Below the pieces are notes generated by a model. It searched no databases. It was not told where the DNA came from and saw nothing but the letters and a program-made list of their open reading frames with translations. From Enoplolaimus lenunculus (taxonomy: Eukaryota): DNA of 64,000 nucleotides. The stretch spans positions 62,001-126,000 of the forward strand of contig JASANG010000273.1 in the NCBI GenBank assembly GCA_030248215.1. The letters run 5' to 3'. A program made the translations under genes and the position numbers. Every line of letters begins with the position of its first letter. Position 1 is the first letter of the stretch. Shown here piece after piece: positions 34,701 through 49,700 of this stretch.

Positions 34701-37700
34701 TTCTCTGTTTTGTAGGTTGCGTGTTTAATATCGACCCCCCCCCCCCGACTGAACTGAGGGAAGTATGGGAAAAATGCAAAAAGCGCTGGTACCTTGAGTG
34801 TCATATATATTTTGAAAAGTTGCACACTGTTGTCTTGTCTAATGAGTCATTATCGACTCTTGCTACAGTGTATAATTTAACCTTCCACAGCTTCGGGATG
34901 TTTTTCCAACATCCGGCAATTTCATCAAAGTTTGACCTTTAAGCTTTTGCAATATAAAATATGACGTGAACCGTTATTTCATTATAGATTGCGCTTAACT
35001 CAATTTTTCTCAACGAGCATATCTTTATTAATTTAAATAAATTCTTTAGAACAACTGTTGATGTGGTCACATCGTCGCTGGACTCCTTAATTGTTGAAAA
35101 TTAAGCAGAACAAGATAATTCATACTTAATTTGTGAATAAATTGAATTAATTTCAGCTAACATATGTTTATTAACTGAAATTAACTTTTTGAATGTGCAG
35201 TCGACTGCAACAGCCACACAGGCACGTAGCCAGCTCACCTTGCTGGGGGGGCTAAAAAATTGTTCAAGAGAGGCATACGAGGGCCTTCGTTGACGCACAT
35301 GCAAGGTTAAAAAGTTCTAAGAGGACCACAATTTTTCCAAGGGGGGGGGTGGCGAGGTCCCTGCCCCCCTTGGCGTTGGGCCCGCAGCCACAGTAAGGCC
35401 GCGGCGATCCTTACCATAAGTTGTTGAGAGTTCAGCAGAACGTGTACAGTTTGCGCAACATCCGCACCGTGAATCGCGTTATGATACGGATTACGATGAT
35501 AGTGATCTTCGACACGTGAAAAGTATCGTACAACAAGCGCCGGATCTAAACCGAACATATCAATGAGGCCGCGTTCCTGAAAAAAATTCAACACTAAAAA
35601 TATTTTGAATTTCAACTCGAGTTTGAATTAAAGTTCTGAACAAAATTGACCCGAGGTTGAATAATTACAGTTCTGAACAAAGTTGGTGTCCATCGGTGTT
35701 GCGTCTAAGAGTTATTAAAAGCCTGGATTCGCGTATTGGCGTAGGACTGGGTTCACGCTTTCGGCTTAGGCTCAATGTCTCGTTTTTGGTAAATCAATTT
35801 CAAACAGTTTATTTTAGTTTCGCCACTTAAATAAATAGGTTCTGGACAAAGTTGTAGACCTTAAACGCCTTGGCTTACAGTTTAGCCGAATATACCAACC
35901 TAACGCTCGATCGATGCAAATGTAACCCCGTGTATGGATCGGCTGAGCATTGGGTTGCTTTATTCGGCTAGGCTGTAAGCCAAAGCCTAAAGTCTACATG
36001 CATCGAGTTCCGAACAAAACGGCAAAACATAACGATTTGCATTAAATTCATGCTTAGACTTAGGCTTAGGCTTACGGCGACTAGTAAACGCTGCTTATCC
36101 AGGTCACGGGTTGTAAAATGGTTTTTATTCATAATAAGAAAAACTCAACTTACATTGAGAAGCGTATAAACGACTGCAGTAATTGGACGGCCGTTGGTTA
36201 ACTCGTTGATTTTGAATATATCCGGACCCCATGTGTCCAACTGTTCCATGTGCTGAAACAGTACAATTTAAATTGTAATTTTATTAAATATTAAACTGAA
36301 TTTATTGAACTAAATATACAATTGAGAAGCGTATAAACGACTGCAGTAATTGGACGGCCGTTGGTTAACTCGTTGATTTTGAATATATCCGGACCCCACG
36401 TGTCCAACTGTTCCATGTGCTGAAACAGTACAATTTAAATTGTAATTTTGTTAAATATTAAACTGAATTTATTGAACTAAATATACATCAGCTGTCAATA
36501 CACAACGGCATACAAATACACTGTTTCGGCCGATGTGAAGATCAAAAGCGGAACGTATTTTTGCGGGACTGCAATACAGTAAGCTTAAGCTTTAAACTAA
36601 CATTTTTGCGCAGGCTTAGCCTCACGCTTATGCTTAGGTTTAAGCTCATTCGCTTAGGGTTACGTTTAGGCTTTGGAATATGCTTATACTACTGCTACGG
36701 CTCCGTTCTATACATTGGTTATACATCCTAAAATTGCTTAAAGAATACGACAACACAAAAACTACAGAAAAAATTAACACAATTTTCCGTCATTTAAATG
36801 TTGAAAAAATTTCTCTCGAGCAATAATCGCTGAAGTCAATTGCTCTCGAGCCAATTTACTGACAGAGCAACACACCCGTTTCATAAAGGGTAAAGACTTC
36901 ACAGAGAGCGGACTCACTCTAAGCATAAAACTGTAAAGCTCTAATTTAGTAGGGTACCGGAAGGTTATTCAGAACCAACGGTTGCCGATAGGAGATAGAA
37001 ATATAGTTGATTACGTCCAAAACTCAAATTTTTCAAATAGGTCGCGCGCCTGCAATTGCATTTGTTGGTTTAATCTCTTGGCTTTGAGAAGAATCTCAAG
37101 AATCGAGAGATGAATGTGTTCAGTGTCAATACTGTAGTGACCCGAATAAGATGGTGGGGACTGATATTTATTTGGCCTTTGCAGAGTGTGCGCCCCCTGT
37201 TATTCGGTTATGGACTGTATTTATTTTCTATTTATTTTCAACCCGCCCGGCCACCCTTCGTTACTGATATATATCCGGTATTGCAACTATCCGTTGAAAC
37301 GTTTTTTGCCTTGGATCAAAAGCCTGAGCTATAATGCAAGGTTCTACTTAGGAATGTACTTTCAAAACTTAAGTCGAACTCAACTGTATTTGGTGCTGGA
37401 GTCATGTATGCGCTACAATTAAGGATACTTGACATTAATGGACTCTAATTTAGGGTTTATTCACTCTATCCGTTTACGGACTCTTATTACGGATACGGAC
37501 CTTTTGAATGTATTTCCGGCCCTCCAATCTGCACAATTACACCGCAAACAGCAGTTAAACTTACTCTCGATAGTTCATTGATATGCGACGTCTGAATACC
37601 ATATTTCGGCAACGGCATTTGATTACTAGCCAATGACCGAGAGGTTTTCCGTCTCCGTAAATTAATAATCCGGGTTGAAGCAACCGATTGCGAAATACCC

Positions 37701-40700
37701 GTTGTTGGAGTAGCAGGAGAAGACGGACCTCCTGGTCCTGCAGGTTGGATTAGAGGTATAGCGGCGGTTGGCGTTAGGCTGTCATCAGTAGGACCGCCGG
37801 TACTAGACTGAAGTCCGCCACCAGACGCCGTAGGAGCTGCGTCGTTTGAAGAGGTGGTCGCGGCGAGCGGGATTTCTTCGGCACTATGAAGTGTCGGAAA
37901 ATCAAGCTCTTCGTCTTTTGCTGAAAATATTAAATTTTTTAACTTTTTGTGCTAATTTTTGAAATTATAAGCTTTTGAAACATTAGCAGAAAAACACGCT
38001 AAAAATGAAGCCAAAATTGCAGATCAACGTTTGAAATGTATCATTTCACTTGATTCAAAGGCAAACGCAGTCAACAAAATTTCAAATTTTTTAAAGTCCA
38101 AAATGGTCAATTGCAAATTTACAAGTTCAAATTTTGTTGCTCTACTAAAATTCAGCAAGTATCGAGATTTTGTAAAAATAGAATTATCTACACATATTCT
38201 TACTACAAATAAATGAAATAATTATGACAAAACATTTCTACAACTTCAAAATCTTAGACTTAAAAAACACTAAATTTTGCTTATTACATATTGCAGATTT
38301 AGAAAATTTCGAAATTTAAAATTTGAAGATCGCAAAATCCTAGGATAAAAACCCCATCTGAATATAGGTTTCTTTTCCTAACCAATCTTAGGTAGGCTAC
38401 ACTTACGTCTGAAAATAAGTTTCTTTGCCTAATAAATCTTAGGCTGAGACCGCATCCGAGAATAGCATCTTTTGCTTAAGAAATGTTAGGTTAAAAATCA
38501 CACCTGAAAATATGTTTCTTTGCCTACCGAACCCAGCTTCCCATCTTACCGTGCTGGCTATCAGCGAGAACCAATCGAACAAATACAAAAGTTTGTTTTA
38601 ATTTTTGAACAAACCAAATTAATATTATTTTAATATTTTGACGCGTTTTAGGTGACATTTTGCTGCGACAAATATATAGCCAAAATACTGAAAACATTTA
38701 GTGAAAATTAGCCGAAAAAACTGCTAAAATGACTTCTAGACTCGAAATGTTTATCAACTATTGATGTTTATGTTTAGACTGATAACCGTAACAGAAAGGG
38801 ATTGGTTTTATGTAAACAATATTAGATGCATTTTGTCACTACAATATAACGATATTTTAGACAAACTAATTACAGTTTAGGGTTAGAAAATAGTTGTAGT
38901 GCGAAAAATTAGTCAGATCGTTAAATCTATTCCACCAAGTCTACATCTTACTACTGAGTTGTTTAATCTTATTAGCGAAATTCCTAAAACGTGAGTCAAT
39001 ATTTTCAAATGTGTGTGGCACATACTATCAGTTAGAACAATGGGTTACAGTCGAACTATGACGTCAATGGTTCTCAAATTTTGCCAAGCCTCATTGACTT
39101 GTTACGCTTGTGTGTAAAACTTATTTGTCCATTGGCAACTGGACGAAAGTTTCAAATTTGACTGAATAAAACAAATCTACGTTGAAAATTTTCTTAAATC
39201 TAACAACTAGTCAACTCAAATTTAAACTGTAATTGCAACATTGTAAAAAGCGACAAATTTAAATTTTAAATATTCAGTTTAGTCTCAAAGATAAAAAATC
39301 GTTCAAAACCACACAGCTGTTAAATTAGCTACGAAAAAATAATTGTTGCCCTGCGAAGACTTTCGCTTCCGCCGGAGCTAAAGGCAAACATCCAGTTGCG
39401 CCTTGATTACAAGCATATAAACATTGTGACCCGGTGTACGCAAGTGTTTTGTGGAAAATGTATCACATGTATCTTGTGTGTTTACGGTATAAAATAACAA
39501 GAAGCACAAGACGTCCTTGAAAAATAGAAATCTGGAAACGTTAGCTTTACTAAACTAAAAGCTAATCACATATAAAATGTGATAATTAATACAACATGGG
39601 TATAAATTCTGCGAAAAACAAGATTAATGGCTTGCTTCATAGATTTATGCTTCTATGAGCTATGTAATCAAGAGAAAAGATTAAAAAATTTAATATCTTG
39701 CCAGATTATTTATTAAAATTGATTTCAAAAGGTATTAGAGCGTTGTTATGAGTATTTACAATTACCTTGAAAATATCATTTTCAATATCATTATTAATTT
39801 CAACAGCTTAATAACATGTAAAGTACGAAAGATAACATACCTTTTGCATAACTCTAAGTACGAGATGAGTATAAACGTTTGGCCACCGAAAGGAGCTTAC
39901 GAACCGAATTTATTAAAATGAATATCTGTTAAGACTATTAACTTTTTGAAGTTGAAAAATATTAATTTAAAATGAAAAATGATTTTCAAATCAAAAAGCA
40001 AAACATGGTTGAAAAATGAAAAATCTTGCACAAAAATGGTTTTAGGAACTCGATAGCAAGATTTTAATTTTCAGAATTTTGAAATGACGTAAAGAGATAG
40101 TCACAGGATATAACGCCTAATACGTTCTCGCTTACATTGGTTTAACAGTGATGAGAGTAACAGAAATGGAAATTAATGTTTTCAATGCTTAAAAATGTTT
40201 TATTTTTCTGCTAATACAATTGGGGCATGCAAATATTCACCTGGTATTTTACAAATTTACACAAAAAATAGAGTATCGAATTACAATTTTTAATATTTTT
40301 TAAAAATTTGCTGGTTCAAATTGGGTAATTGCAGCAAATCTGTACTAAAAATTGAATGAATTCTACCTGCTCTGTAAATTCCAGAGAGTTGGTTTGAACT
40401 CAGACAGACTTCAATCAACTCTGAAGTCGGAGCTCTGAATTGAGCGTTTCAGATTCTGAATTAATTGAACTAATTCTGAGTTAATTAATCAGCTTACCCG
40501 GAATTAAATTAGCTCAGAGTGAGTTACCGGAAACGGATTCGGATTAGTGCTGAAAAACGAACCGGATATCCGGTTACACACTGAAGTGAAATAATTATTA
40601 TTGCGACATCAAATAACCCAATCCCAATATGTATCATCGGTAATGTTTACACCATTTCAGTGATAAACATTTAGAAAACAACTAATTTCTTTAGCTGCAA

Positions 40701-43700
40701 AAATTCTGGTACTGAAAAATATTTAGGCACCCAGAGTAAGAAGGTACAACTATCGGTTTGCCTCGGATTCTGCTTATTTTCTTATAATCCGGTTCCTAAA
40801 CTTTGCCGATCTCCAATTTTTGCGAAATTTTGTAATTTTCAACTAATGACAAATTTGTTCGCCATCGGAAAATTTACGAATTTTGGCTTGTAATTTTGAA
40901 AATTTTCAGAATTTTTAAATTTTTTAATTTTAGGAATTTCGATAACTTGCGATTTTTTAAATTTAAAAATTTTCACATCTTGAAATTATTTAAATTTAGG
41001 AATTACGACAATTTGAGATTTTATTGTAAAACAAAAAACTACACTTACTTATAAATGTATTGAAAATAAATTGAGACAATTGATGACCAGACTTTGATTC
41101 TTCGAGTTGACTGAGCTCTTTGCCAAGCATTCGTTGGAACTAAAACAGAAAAAATAACAAGAAAATTTTCAAAATTATATCAAAAACAACATTCTTTATC
41201 TAATTACTACAATAAAACTTTAATTTACTACGATAAAACTGTAAATAATTGTAACTTTTTCGTTCATACGTAACAACTTCAGTTGAGGATTTTAGGCAGA
41301 ACATTAAAGCTTTGTGATTTTTATCAAATTCAAACACACAATGAACATTGTTTTCAAGCCATAATGTTCTGGACCAGTATTCTCAAATATGGGCAGCGTC
41401 TATCACATGTTGGTGTTTAGGTCTTCTAGATTTTGAATCAGTAAATGATGACGTTCAAAACTCAGCCACATTTTTCGCATTTGATTCGTTTCATGCTGCC
41501 ACTATGAATTTAAAACAAACGCAAATAAAAATTGAACTGCTTCGAGACGTGTGACCCACTGATGATAGGTGCTATACACATATTTGAGAATACTCGCTGT
41601 TGTGTCAAAAAGTTTACCTCAACATTAATCATTATACTGGATTGTGTTCAAATCAATTTTCTTATATATTAATCATTTATGTTAGTTACAAATGTCTGTT
41701 ATTGATACCGTAAAAAAGCAAAAAGTCATATTAATTTGAATAGAGCTGGAAAGACAACGATACGTAATTTGAGCAGCGTTTGAGTTCTTCACTCTTACCG
41801 ATTTAATTTTAAGTATACAAACTGAACTGTCAACATGCAAAAAAACATAATTCACCAGATATATACCAGTGTCAAGATTATACCACATCCTGCACAGAAA
41901 AGTGGATTTATTTTAAATTGTAATCCAGGCATTGTTAATTTGGCACGGCGAACCTTGTGGTAAACGACAGGGAAAGAGGGGGGTTTGCAAATTGTAGCCT
42001 TGACCCTAGTAAAATTATACAAATAGTTTAAACATTTGAAATCGAAACGGCAAACTGTAAGACAACAATGTCATGAAAACAACTGTTTTCATAAAACTTA
42101 GCCTCCATTTTAAATCATGGAACCAAGCCAAGTTTAGGCACCTGCCCAGTCGGAAACAGGGGGCACTTGGTGTTTTAGACCCTAGGAAACTTAGGCTTAG
42201 GAATATGTTTAAGCATAGGCTTAGGCTTACGTTTTGACAAACAGGCAGCCTCTTATAGTTTTCATGACCGCTAGTTGCGTAGACAAAGCCTTAATAACAG
42301 TTAATTTGTCACCAGACACATAGACCCATCAACTAATAATCGCAATACATGTGAATGCCAGTAATAATTTTTTCGGTTTTCACATTAATACAAAATATAC
42401 TTAAAAATTAAAAAAAATTAAAAATATTTTGAAGATATCAAACTCAAAATTCCTCTCAATACTTTCTTACCCTTAGCATTGACCGTTAAATCATGACTAA
42501 TCTCTTCGAATAAATAACAGTCGTCAATATACAATCGAGGAATAGATGCGATATACGTATATATAGTGTCCCGAAATGAAATGCTGCCTACGCATCTGAT
42601 AACAATTCCGAAACTGAATCGAGATTTTTTTGAGTTTAAAATTTTAAACTCAATACAAAACTGTTGACTCATTAACACTTCATCTTAGCAAGAGTCTCCA
42701 GTGCCGGAGCATGCTAGGGGGACCCACCCTAAAATTTCGGAGTGGGGCCCCCTGGAAATGATTAAATAGTTTTCTAATTTTTCATTTATAATCTTGTTAG
42801 GGTATACGCCCCCCTTTGGAGTGTGACCCCCCATTGGCGTGTATGGGGGTTGGCTGCTCCGGGCCTGACAGTCTCTACATCGAAGCTAAACAAAAATTTC
42901 AGGGCCAGGGGGTGTCATGAGGTTCGTAGGCAGTCGGCGACCGCCCATGCCTCTTCGCAGTAGTTTCGGTCTTGCCAGCTGTATCTTCGCAAAATACTAT
43001 ATTAAAAAAGCTTCAAGACATGAGTAATTGTTTCAAATCTTATCAGGTAAGTTTAACTTTCGTCTGACTAAATTACGTACAAAGACCAGTTTATGGTATC
43101 GAACTTGTCGCGTAAGAAGGTGGAAATACAAGCGGTAATGATACATAACGCCCAAAATTCATGGAAAAATAAAAAATAGCCACTTTTGCAAACCTTAGAA
43201 TTTATAACCTACTGTCTCATGAATATCTGACCTTTTATCTCTTCCGTAATGACCGCTTGAAAAAATTCAAAGCTATACCCCTCTGAAATGAAATTTTGTA
43301 TATAAGTCGAAATTAGTCTGAGTAAACAACTCAGTAAAAAAACTAATGTCCTGGTCTATTAATGTTTAACGGGGGGTCGCATATTATGAAACAGTAAAAA
43401 AAATTTCGCGAGCGAACCAGACGATAGACAAGCCAAATGTTTAGTACTAAATTTAATACAAATTTTTGGTTTGGATCGCTTCTGGCGCTCGGGGGAGGAA
43501 CATGGTCAGGATTGACCTCCGTTGTATCCGCGAATGCTATTGTACTTAAAATAAAGTACAACTTCTAAAAATATGTTAAATAAACACGGTAGTTCACAAC
43601 GGTGTTTTTTTTCTACAAATGTAGAGAGGGCGGAAAATAAAACAATTTACGTTCATCACAAAAAACACCAGCATTTTTTGCTAAAAATAGTAAAAATAAG

Positions 43701-46700
43701 TTTATTTTAAAATGTAAACAGGGGCACTGATAAAAATTACCACTATGATTCGATAGACTGCTATTACAGATTCATTCATTGGTGAATCCAGCGAAGGTGG
43801 GGCGAATTACGTCCGAATTTAGAATATGTCAGATCTGGTATCGCGATAATTCGTTGCTCGACAACTCCTCGCTCGACAGCTTGAAATGCGAAATTTTATC
43901 GACTCGACATTTCGTCGTCCATCATTTAGGCTTAGGCTTAGGATTATGCATAGATTTAGTCATAGAGTTTAGGACATTGTTGTGCGGCAAGTTGTCGGAC
44001 GATGAATTGTGCTAGATTCTTAAGATATAATGCAGGGGCGCAGTCAAGATTTGGGAAATCAAGAGTTGAGGGAGGTTACGTTTTACATAAATTTTGAAGG
44101 AAGGATTCTTGTGTTGCAAATTGAAATCTTGCCTAAAAACCCCAGTACAAAAACCACAAAGGGGGTGGGTTTGATACCTGAAACTCTCTATGCCTAAGCC
44201 CTTGATCAAAATAGACACAAACCGCAATATAAATGTCGGTTAGGGACGGTACTGATTCATAGGGGTGAACTGCGTAAACCCAACAGAAAACTTTTGGTAA
44301 AAATGGTAAAGATCACCTTACAAACTTTCAATTTTGCGCAAATTCATACTATTTTTTAAATCTGTACTGGTTGCACGCAGACATCTTGTGGCCATCCCTT
44401 TATGAATTATAAATTTTTTAGCTGAAATATTTTTCAAGAATCTCTCCGAAATTAAAGTTTTCGACATTCGTTTGAAAAAAAATTCAAAAAACTTCCGCGT
44501 TTAGTGCATAAGTTAAGAATATATTTTTTCAATTTTTAGCGTTTAAATTAACAACAGCTTCGCGGCCTAGGAAACGCGAAACATTTAGACTTCTGGCTAA
44601 TTTTTTTATCTAAGGTTTCCGATATCTTTACACTTGATTTTGAACTTTCACGCTAGGCTTAGGCTTGGCCTTACACGTCATAAAAACTAACGTTCGATGT
44701 AAAAACTAATCCTATGTGAATATATCTACATAATATCATGTGAAAACTTGTCAGTTAAAGGATAACATCGACAAACAGACAAAACATGAATTCTTTCAGT
44801 TATGCCAAGCTTTGAAAAGCCAATTTCAAATCCTCTTATAAGACACGTCACAAAAATGTATTATTCTATCTTACAAGATCGTTCAACAATTTCAAAATCG
44901 GATTTACCGAGCCAGCGGCGGATCCAAAATTTCTGACGAGGGAGCGGATCAATACAAGCTAAAGCGCAATCTTTACTGTATGCTATAAATGCGACAATTT
45001 GCGGAGGAGAAAAATTGTACGGTAGGGGCGTTCTTACCATTTTATCACAAAAATTTTCTGATCCCCTCGCCAACCGTATTCTGGATGGATCCAGTAGTAT
45101 ATCGAGTAAATTTGAAAATCGGTTTCGCGAGGTTTGTTAATTATTCAATTTTTAGAAAAAATTTGCTGCGGTAATGTTCATAGGAAAACATCAAAGTTAA
45201 ATTCCCCAACCTAACCAGCTCAAAACTAAAGATAATAAAAATTGTGCAAAGCTTCGCAGTTACACAAGTTGTAGACCAGGGGGCTCTCCTGTCTGGTTAT
45301 TCAGACCCCGCAGGGGTCTTTTCGGTTATCCCCCCAGCCCGCGTTTGCCCAAAAATGAACGGATTTTGAAAATTTAGGCATATATGAGCTTCTAATGGAC
45401 ACCCCTGATCATTCCGTGGCTAAATTTGTATGTTTTAAAAATTCGATAAAAAATATTTGTTAAAAAGTTTCACAAATTGTATCACTGCATGTAGCTTGCG
45501 GAGCTGAGTCCAAAGGTGTTAATTTTTGTAATCAGACATTTGGTTAACGAGTTATTGTGAAATAACTGATTTGGCGCGCTGCCAACAATTTGGGTCGGCG
45601 CCAAATCAGTTATTTCACCATACTTCGTTAACCAATCGCCTGATTGCAAAAAATTTAACACCGTTGGACTCATCTCCGCAAGCTGCATCAGTTTGCATAT
45701 AATTTGTTGAACTTTTCGACAAAAAATTTTATGGGTTGGGACCTTAAAAAATCGATTTTTCAAAAATTCAAGTTTGGGTGTGAAATGATCAGGACAAATC
45801 ATGAGAAACTCAAATATGCAAAAATTTTCTATATTCGACCACTTTTGGGCAAACGCGGGCTGGGGGGATAACCGAAAACACCCTCCCATCAGTTCATGAA
45901 TGAGGAAAGGTTTGTGATAGTTGTAACTTTGTAAGAACGGTATATACTGCTTTAGCTTATTGTTCTAAACATTTGAAATCAGACACGTTACACGAGTTAA
46001 ATATATAGCATATAGCGGAGTAATTCGGCAAAATTGAATGAATACCAGTGTATCCGGTAAAAAGTACTTCATCGGAATAACTTTGTTACAAGGACCGAAT
46101 TTTTGAGCAAATCACAAGTAGTCTCACATATAAATACTGCACACTACTGCGGTTGCCAAATCCACCGCAATTTGTCGCCTGACAACTTATCGACCAACGG
46201 TGTCCTGAAAGCCAATGAATAAAGCTTAGCATAATCCTATGCATAATCATAAGCCTAAACCTAAGCATAACGATGAGCGACAAATCGTCGCGTCGAAGAA
46301 ATTTCGCATTACAAGTTGACGGGCGCCAAGTCGACAAATTGTCGTGACATCCTGGTTGTCACATCAAAGAAACTGGAAACGACAAAAAATTCAGGAGACT
46401 CATCTACGATTGTGTTAGTTGACGACCGACAAGTTGTCGGGCGACAAATTGTCGTGATGCCCTGGTTGCGAGATCAACTAGCTGCAGACGACAAAAAATT
46501 CATGACACGTGCGCTATGATTGTGTTAGTTTCCGTTCTCATACCAAAAAAACACCGTTTACCCAAGAGAAAAAATAAACAAAGTCCATTATCAATTTTAT
46601 ATTAACTTATTTTTTCAAATCAAAACCAAAACGTGGCATGACGCCAAATTTAAAGCTGATTTTTAATACGAGATAAACCAGACAAAAAATAACAATAACA

Positions 46701-49700
46701 AATATTGGCAAACCGATATCAGTACTAAAATGGATTGGTTTGGAAATTTAATGAAATAGGATAAGCATACCTTTGTGTAAATTTGGCTTTTTTCCAGTGT
46801 ATGCTCAAACAGTTGTCGCATGTGTCGATCATCAGTTAGCGATTGGTTTTCAAACTAAACTCGAACCGAACTGAACAAGAATGAAAACATTTATTCAGGC
46901 AAAAATTTACCGTAAACCCGTAGCCAGCCCGGCATGCTAGAGGGGGGCGAAACAATTTTAAATACGGCATGCGAAATTGGTCCTTAAACGTGTCCGTTTA
47001 GGTAATTGCATTTGAAGTTATAGGTACGTCCATGCAGCGGCGGATCCAAGATTTTTTTGTTGAGGGAGGATGCGAATTGCGTCTCTCGTGTGCAGGTTGG
47101 ACAACGGATTGCAACCTTTATGTTTGCAACCTGTACATGACAGTCACATAGAAATTGAGACATGATGTAGGCAGGTTATTAACACGTTACTAGGCACATT
47201 AGAGTATACAAAGGGAGGTGATAAAGGAAATATATCCCGAGTTCTTTTTTTGAAAACGGAATAAAAGTACCTTTGACAGGGTTTGAATATATATTTTTCG
47301 GGATCCGAACTGTCCAAAACATTTTTATGACTTTGTCTCATCTAAGAATGTCGGAAAATTTGTGTAATGCAACACAAATTGCAATTCGCACAAAAACTGC
47401 AATTTACATCAGCCTCCACCGAAATTCCGGGTAACATTCGATTCCTGGAAGGGTAAACTTTATTAAGACCTGTTTCGACCATGGAAACATGTTGAGTCTC
47501 TTAGCTCCCTTCTGGTCCTCCACAAGTATGGCACTATATTCTAGGCTACATCCAGGTCCGTAGCCAGAAGGAGGGCACCAGGGTTCAAAACCCGAAGAAA
47601 AATTTTGCACCCCTGCAAAGTTTTAATCGCACTTGTACGCCTGTAAATTTGCTGCATGCCCCTCCTAGTACTTTTACACCCGATACAAACGACTTAATAA
47701 CTTAATACCACAACATCAAAAATGAAAATTTGCATACTAAGAATCTGCGAACTTAAAATCCTCTATGGTATTTCAGATAGTTATTGCAAAATTACACAAG
47801 GAAAATTAATTATATTCTAAGAACTCAAGTTACGTAGATAAATCCCAGTATAAATTGTACCATGTATATACATCGCTGAATTTTCTAAGCAAAATATATA
47901 CTGAAATTATTAATCATTAAGCTAATAACGTTGTAAAATAAGAACATTTTGGAATGGTAAAGCTAAACAGGTTGAATTAACAGTACAGGGTAACATACAT
48001 GCCAGTAATAAATTAGCTTAAATCATAGTATACGTATAACATGAGAAGGATATTATGAACATTTTCCTGCAAAATATATTCCTGTGGAAACATTTCAGGA
48101 AGTGAAACACTTTATATAATACATACTCACATATATCAGGGTGCGACCGGATATAAGGCACAGGCACCTGCAAAAAATCACCGTCCGGCACCGGCTCCTA
48201 AAAAATCGACATCCGACTCCAGGTACAGTATTTTAACATGCCGGATATTTTTTTAAAAACTTCAAAAAATTGTAACCACCAGTTGCATTTATGCCAACTA
48301 CAATGGAGCTGATTGAATTACTTTTACATATTTTTTCTGTCATACATGCAATATAAATGCTTGCAAGTGCCTGTCTACGTTCTCAATTTTTATTGATTTA
48401 CAATAATGCTGGAAAACCTGTTAAACATGACCAGTGTTATAGGGCGTAACAGTATATCCCTAAGAATATTCCTATTCCTAAGGCTAGGTCTATAACTGAG
48501 CCTAAGCCTAAGCAAAAATAACAGCCTTAATCTTAGTCACGTCCATTTTATAGTATATACCTAGGGAAAGGGTCAAAAATTGATAAAAATCGAACAAACG
48601 GGTTTTCTGCAAAAAGTTTAGTATTTTTGTGTTCATCTCAATGCGGCGGATCAGAAAATATCAATTTCGAAACTTTCCCAAAAAGATTTTTTCCGAGTTC
48701 TTTTATATTTACTTATAAAAAGCACCCTTAACGAAACAAACACAGTTGAGTAATTTTTTCACAATCAACTAATATAATAAAAATACCGTCATGCAAATTT
48801 CAGGAGTCTTTCTTTATATAAGCAACGCTTTATTTAAGCCTTTCAGAGGGCTGCCGCCCCTGAACCCATCGCTTTTCTAAAGGCAAACTAAGCAGGATGT
48901 GCGGTTGCTGCCCCAAAAGCCCTGCAATAAGCAAATAACACTATGCACTTGATAATTTCCGTTAAGAACAAGTTAAACTTTAACACGCGAAAAACCTGGA
49001 AAAATGGGAAAAAAGTGAAATTTTTTTGAGAAAATGTATTTCTTGATCCGCCACATCGTTCTGAGCATGGAAATACGAAATTTTTAAAAAACAACGCATA
49101 TTTCGACTTTTATGTCTTTGGCCCTGTAACGAAGAAGAACTGAACACTGGATGCCCTTAGAGCCGAAAACTTGATGCCCTTAAAAGTAAATATGGGTCAA
49201 ACAAATATTGAAACTGGACACAGAAAATAATAGAATAGGATTGTTGTCAAAGTGTTCAAAATGCGTCGGCGTGAGATATTAAGCGGTGTCAATAGAGCAT
49301 TTTGAATACCTTAGGCCATTTGAGGACGAACCGTTAGCTACGGTCTGATATTTAAATGCAATCTAGTATTAAATTTAAATTAACTATCCGGCTCCAGCTC
49401 CGGCCCCGCCTCGGCCGGATGTTTGATTATCCGGCTTCGGCTCCGGCTCCGTCATTTTTTGGTATCCGGTCGCACTTATACTAGAAGTTCAATAAATTTT
49501 TCTATAAGATTATACCTTGCCGATTCAGGTATGAATCTAGGCTGCGCGTTTGATTAGCATTACAGTAGCAAAATTAATTTTAATACAAAATTTTGGTTTT
49601 GATCCCTGTTGTTGAGCATGGCTCACCGTAGATTCCCAGTCCCTGAGACTGATTAAACTCAGCTTTTCAAACGGGAGCAACCAAAGTGATATTAAAGCTG

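Noticed and set aside
40815..41025. PATC-like periodic AATTT tract
   Set aside because: Short, and the spacing looks irregular by eye; it cannot be separated from AT-rich low complexity without computation.
45482..45889. 135-aa ORF
   Set aside because: Lies within a TIR-bounded non-autonomous element and has no transposase motif.
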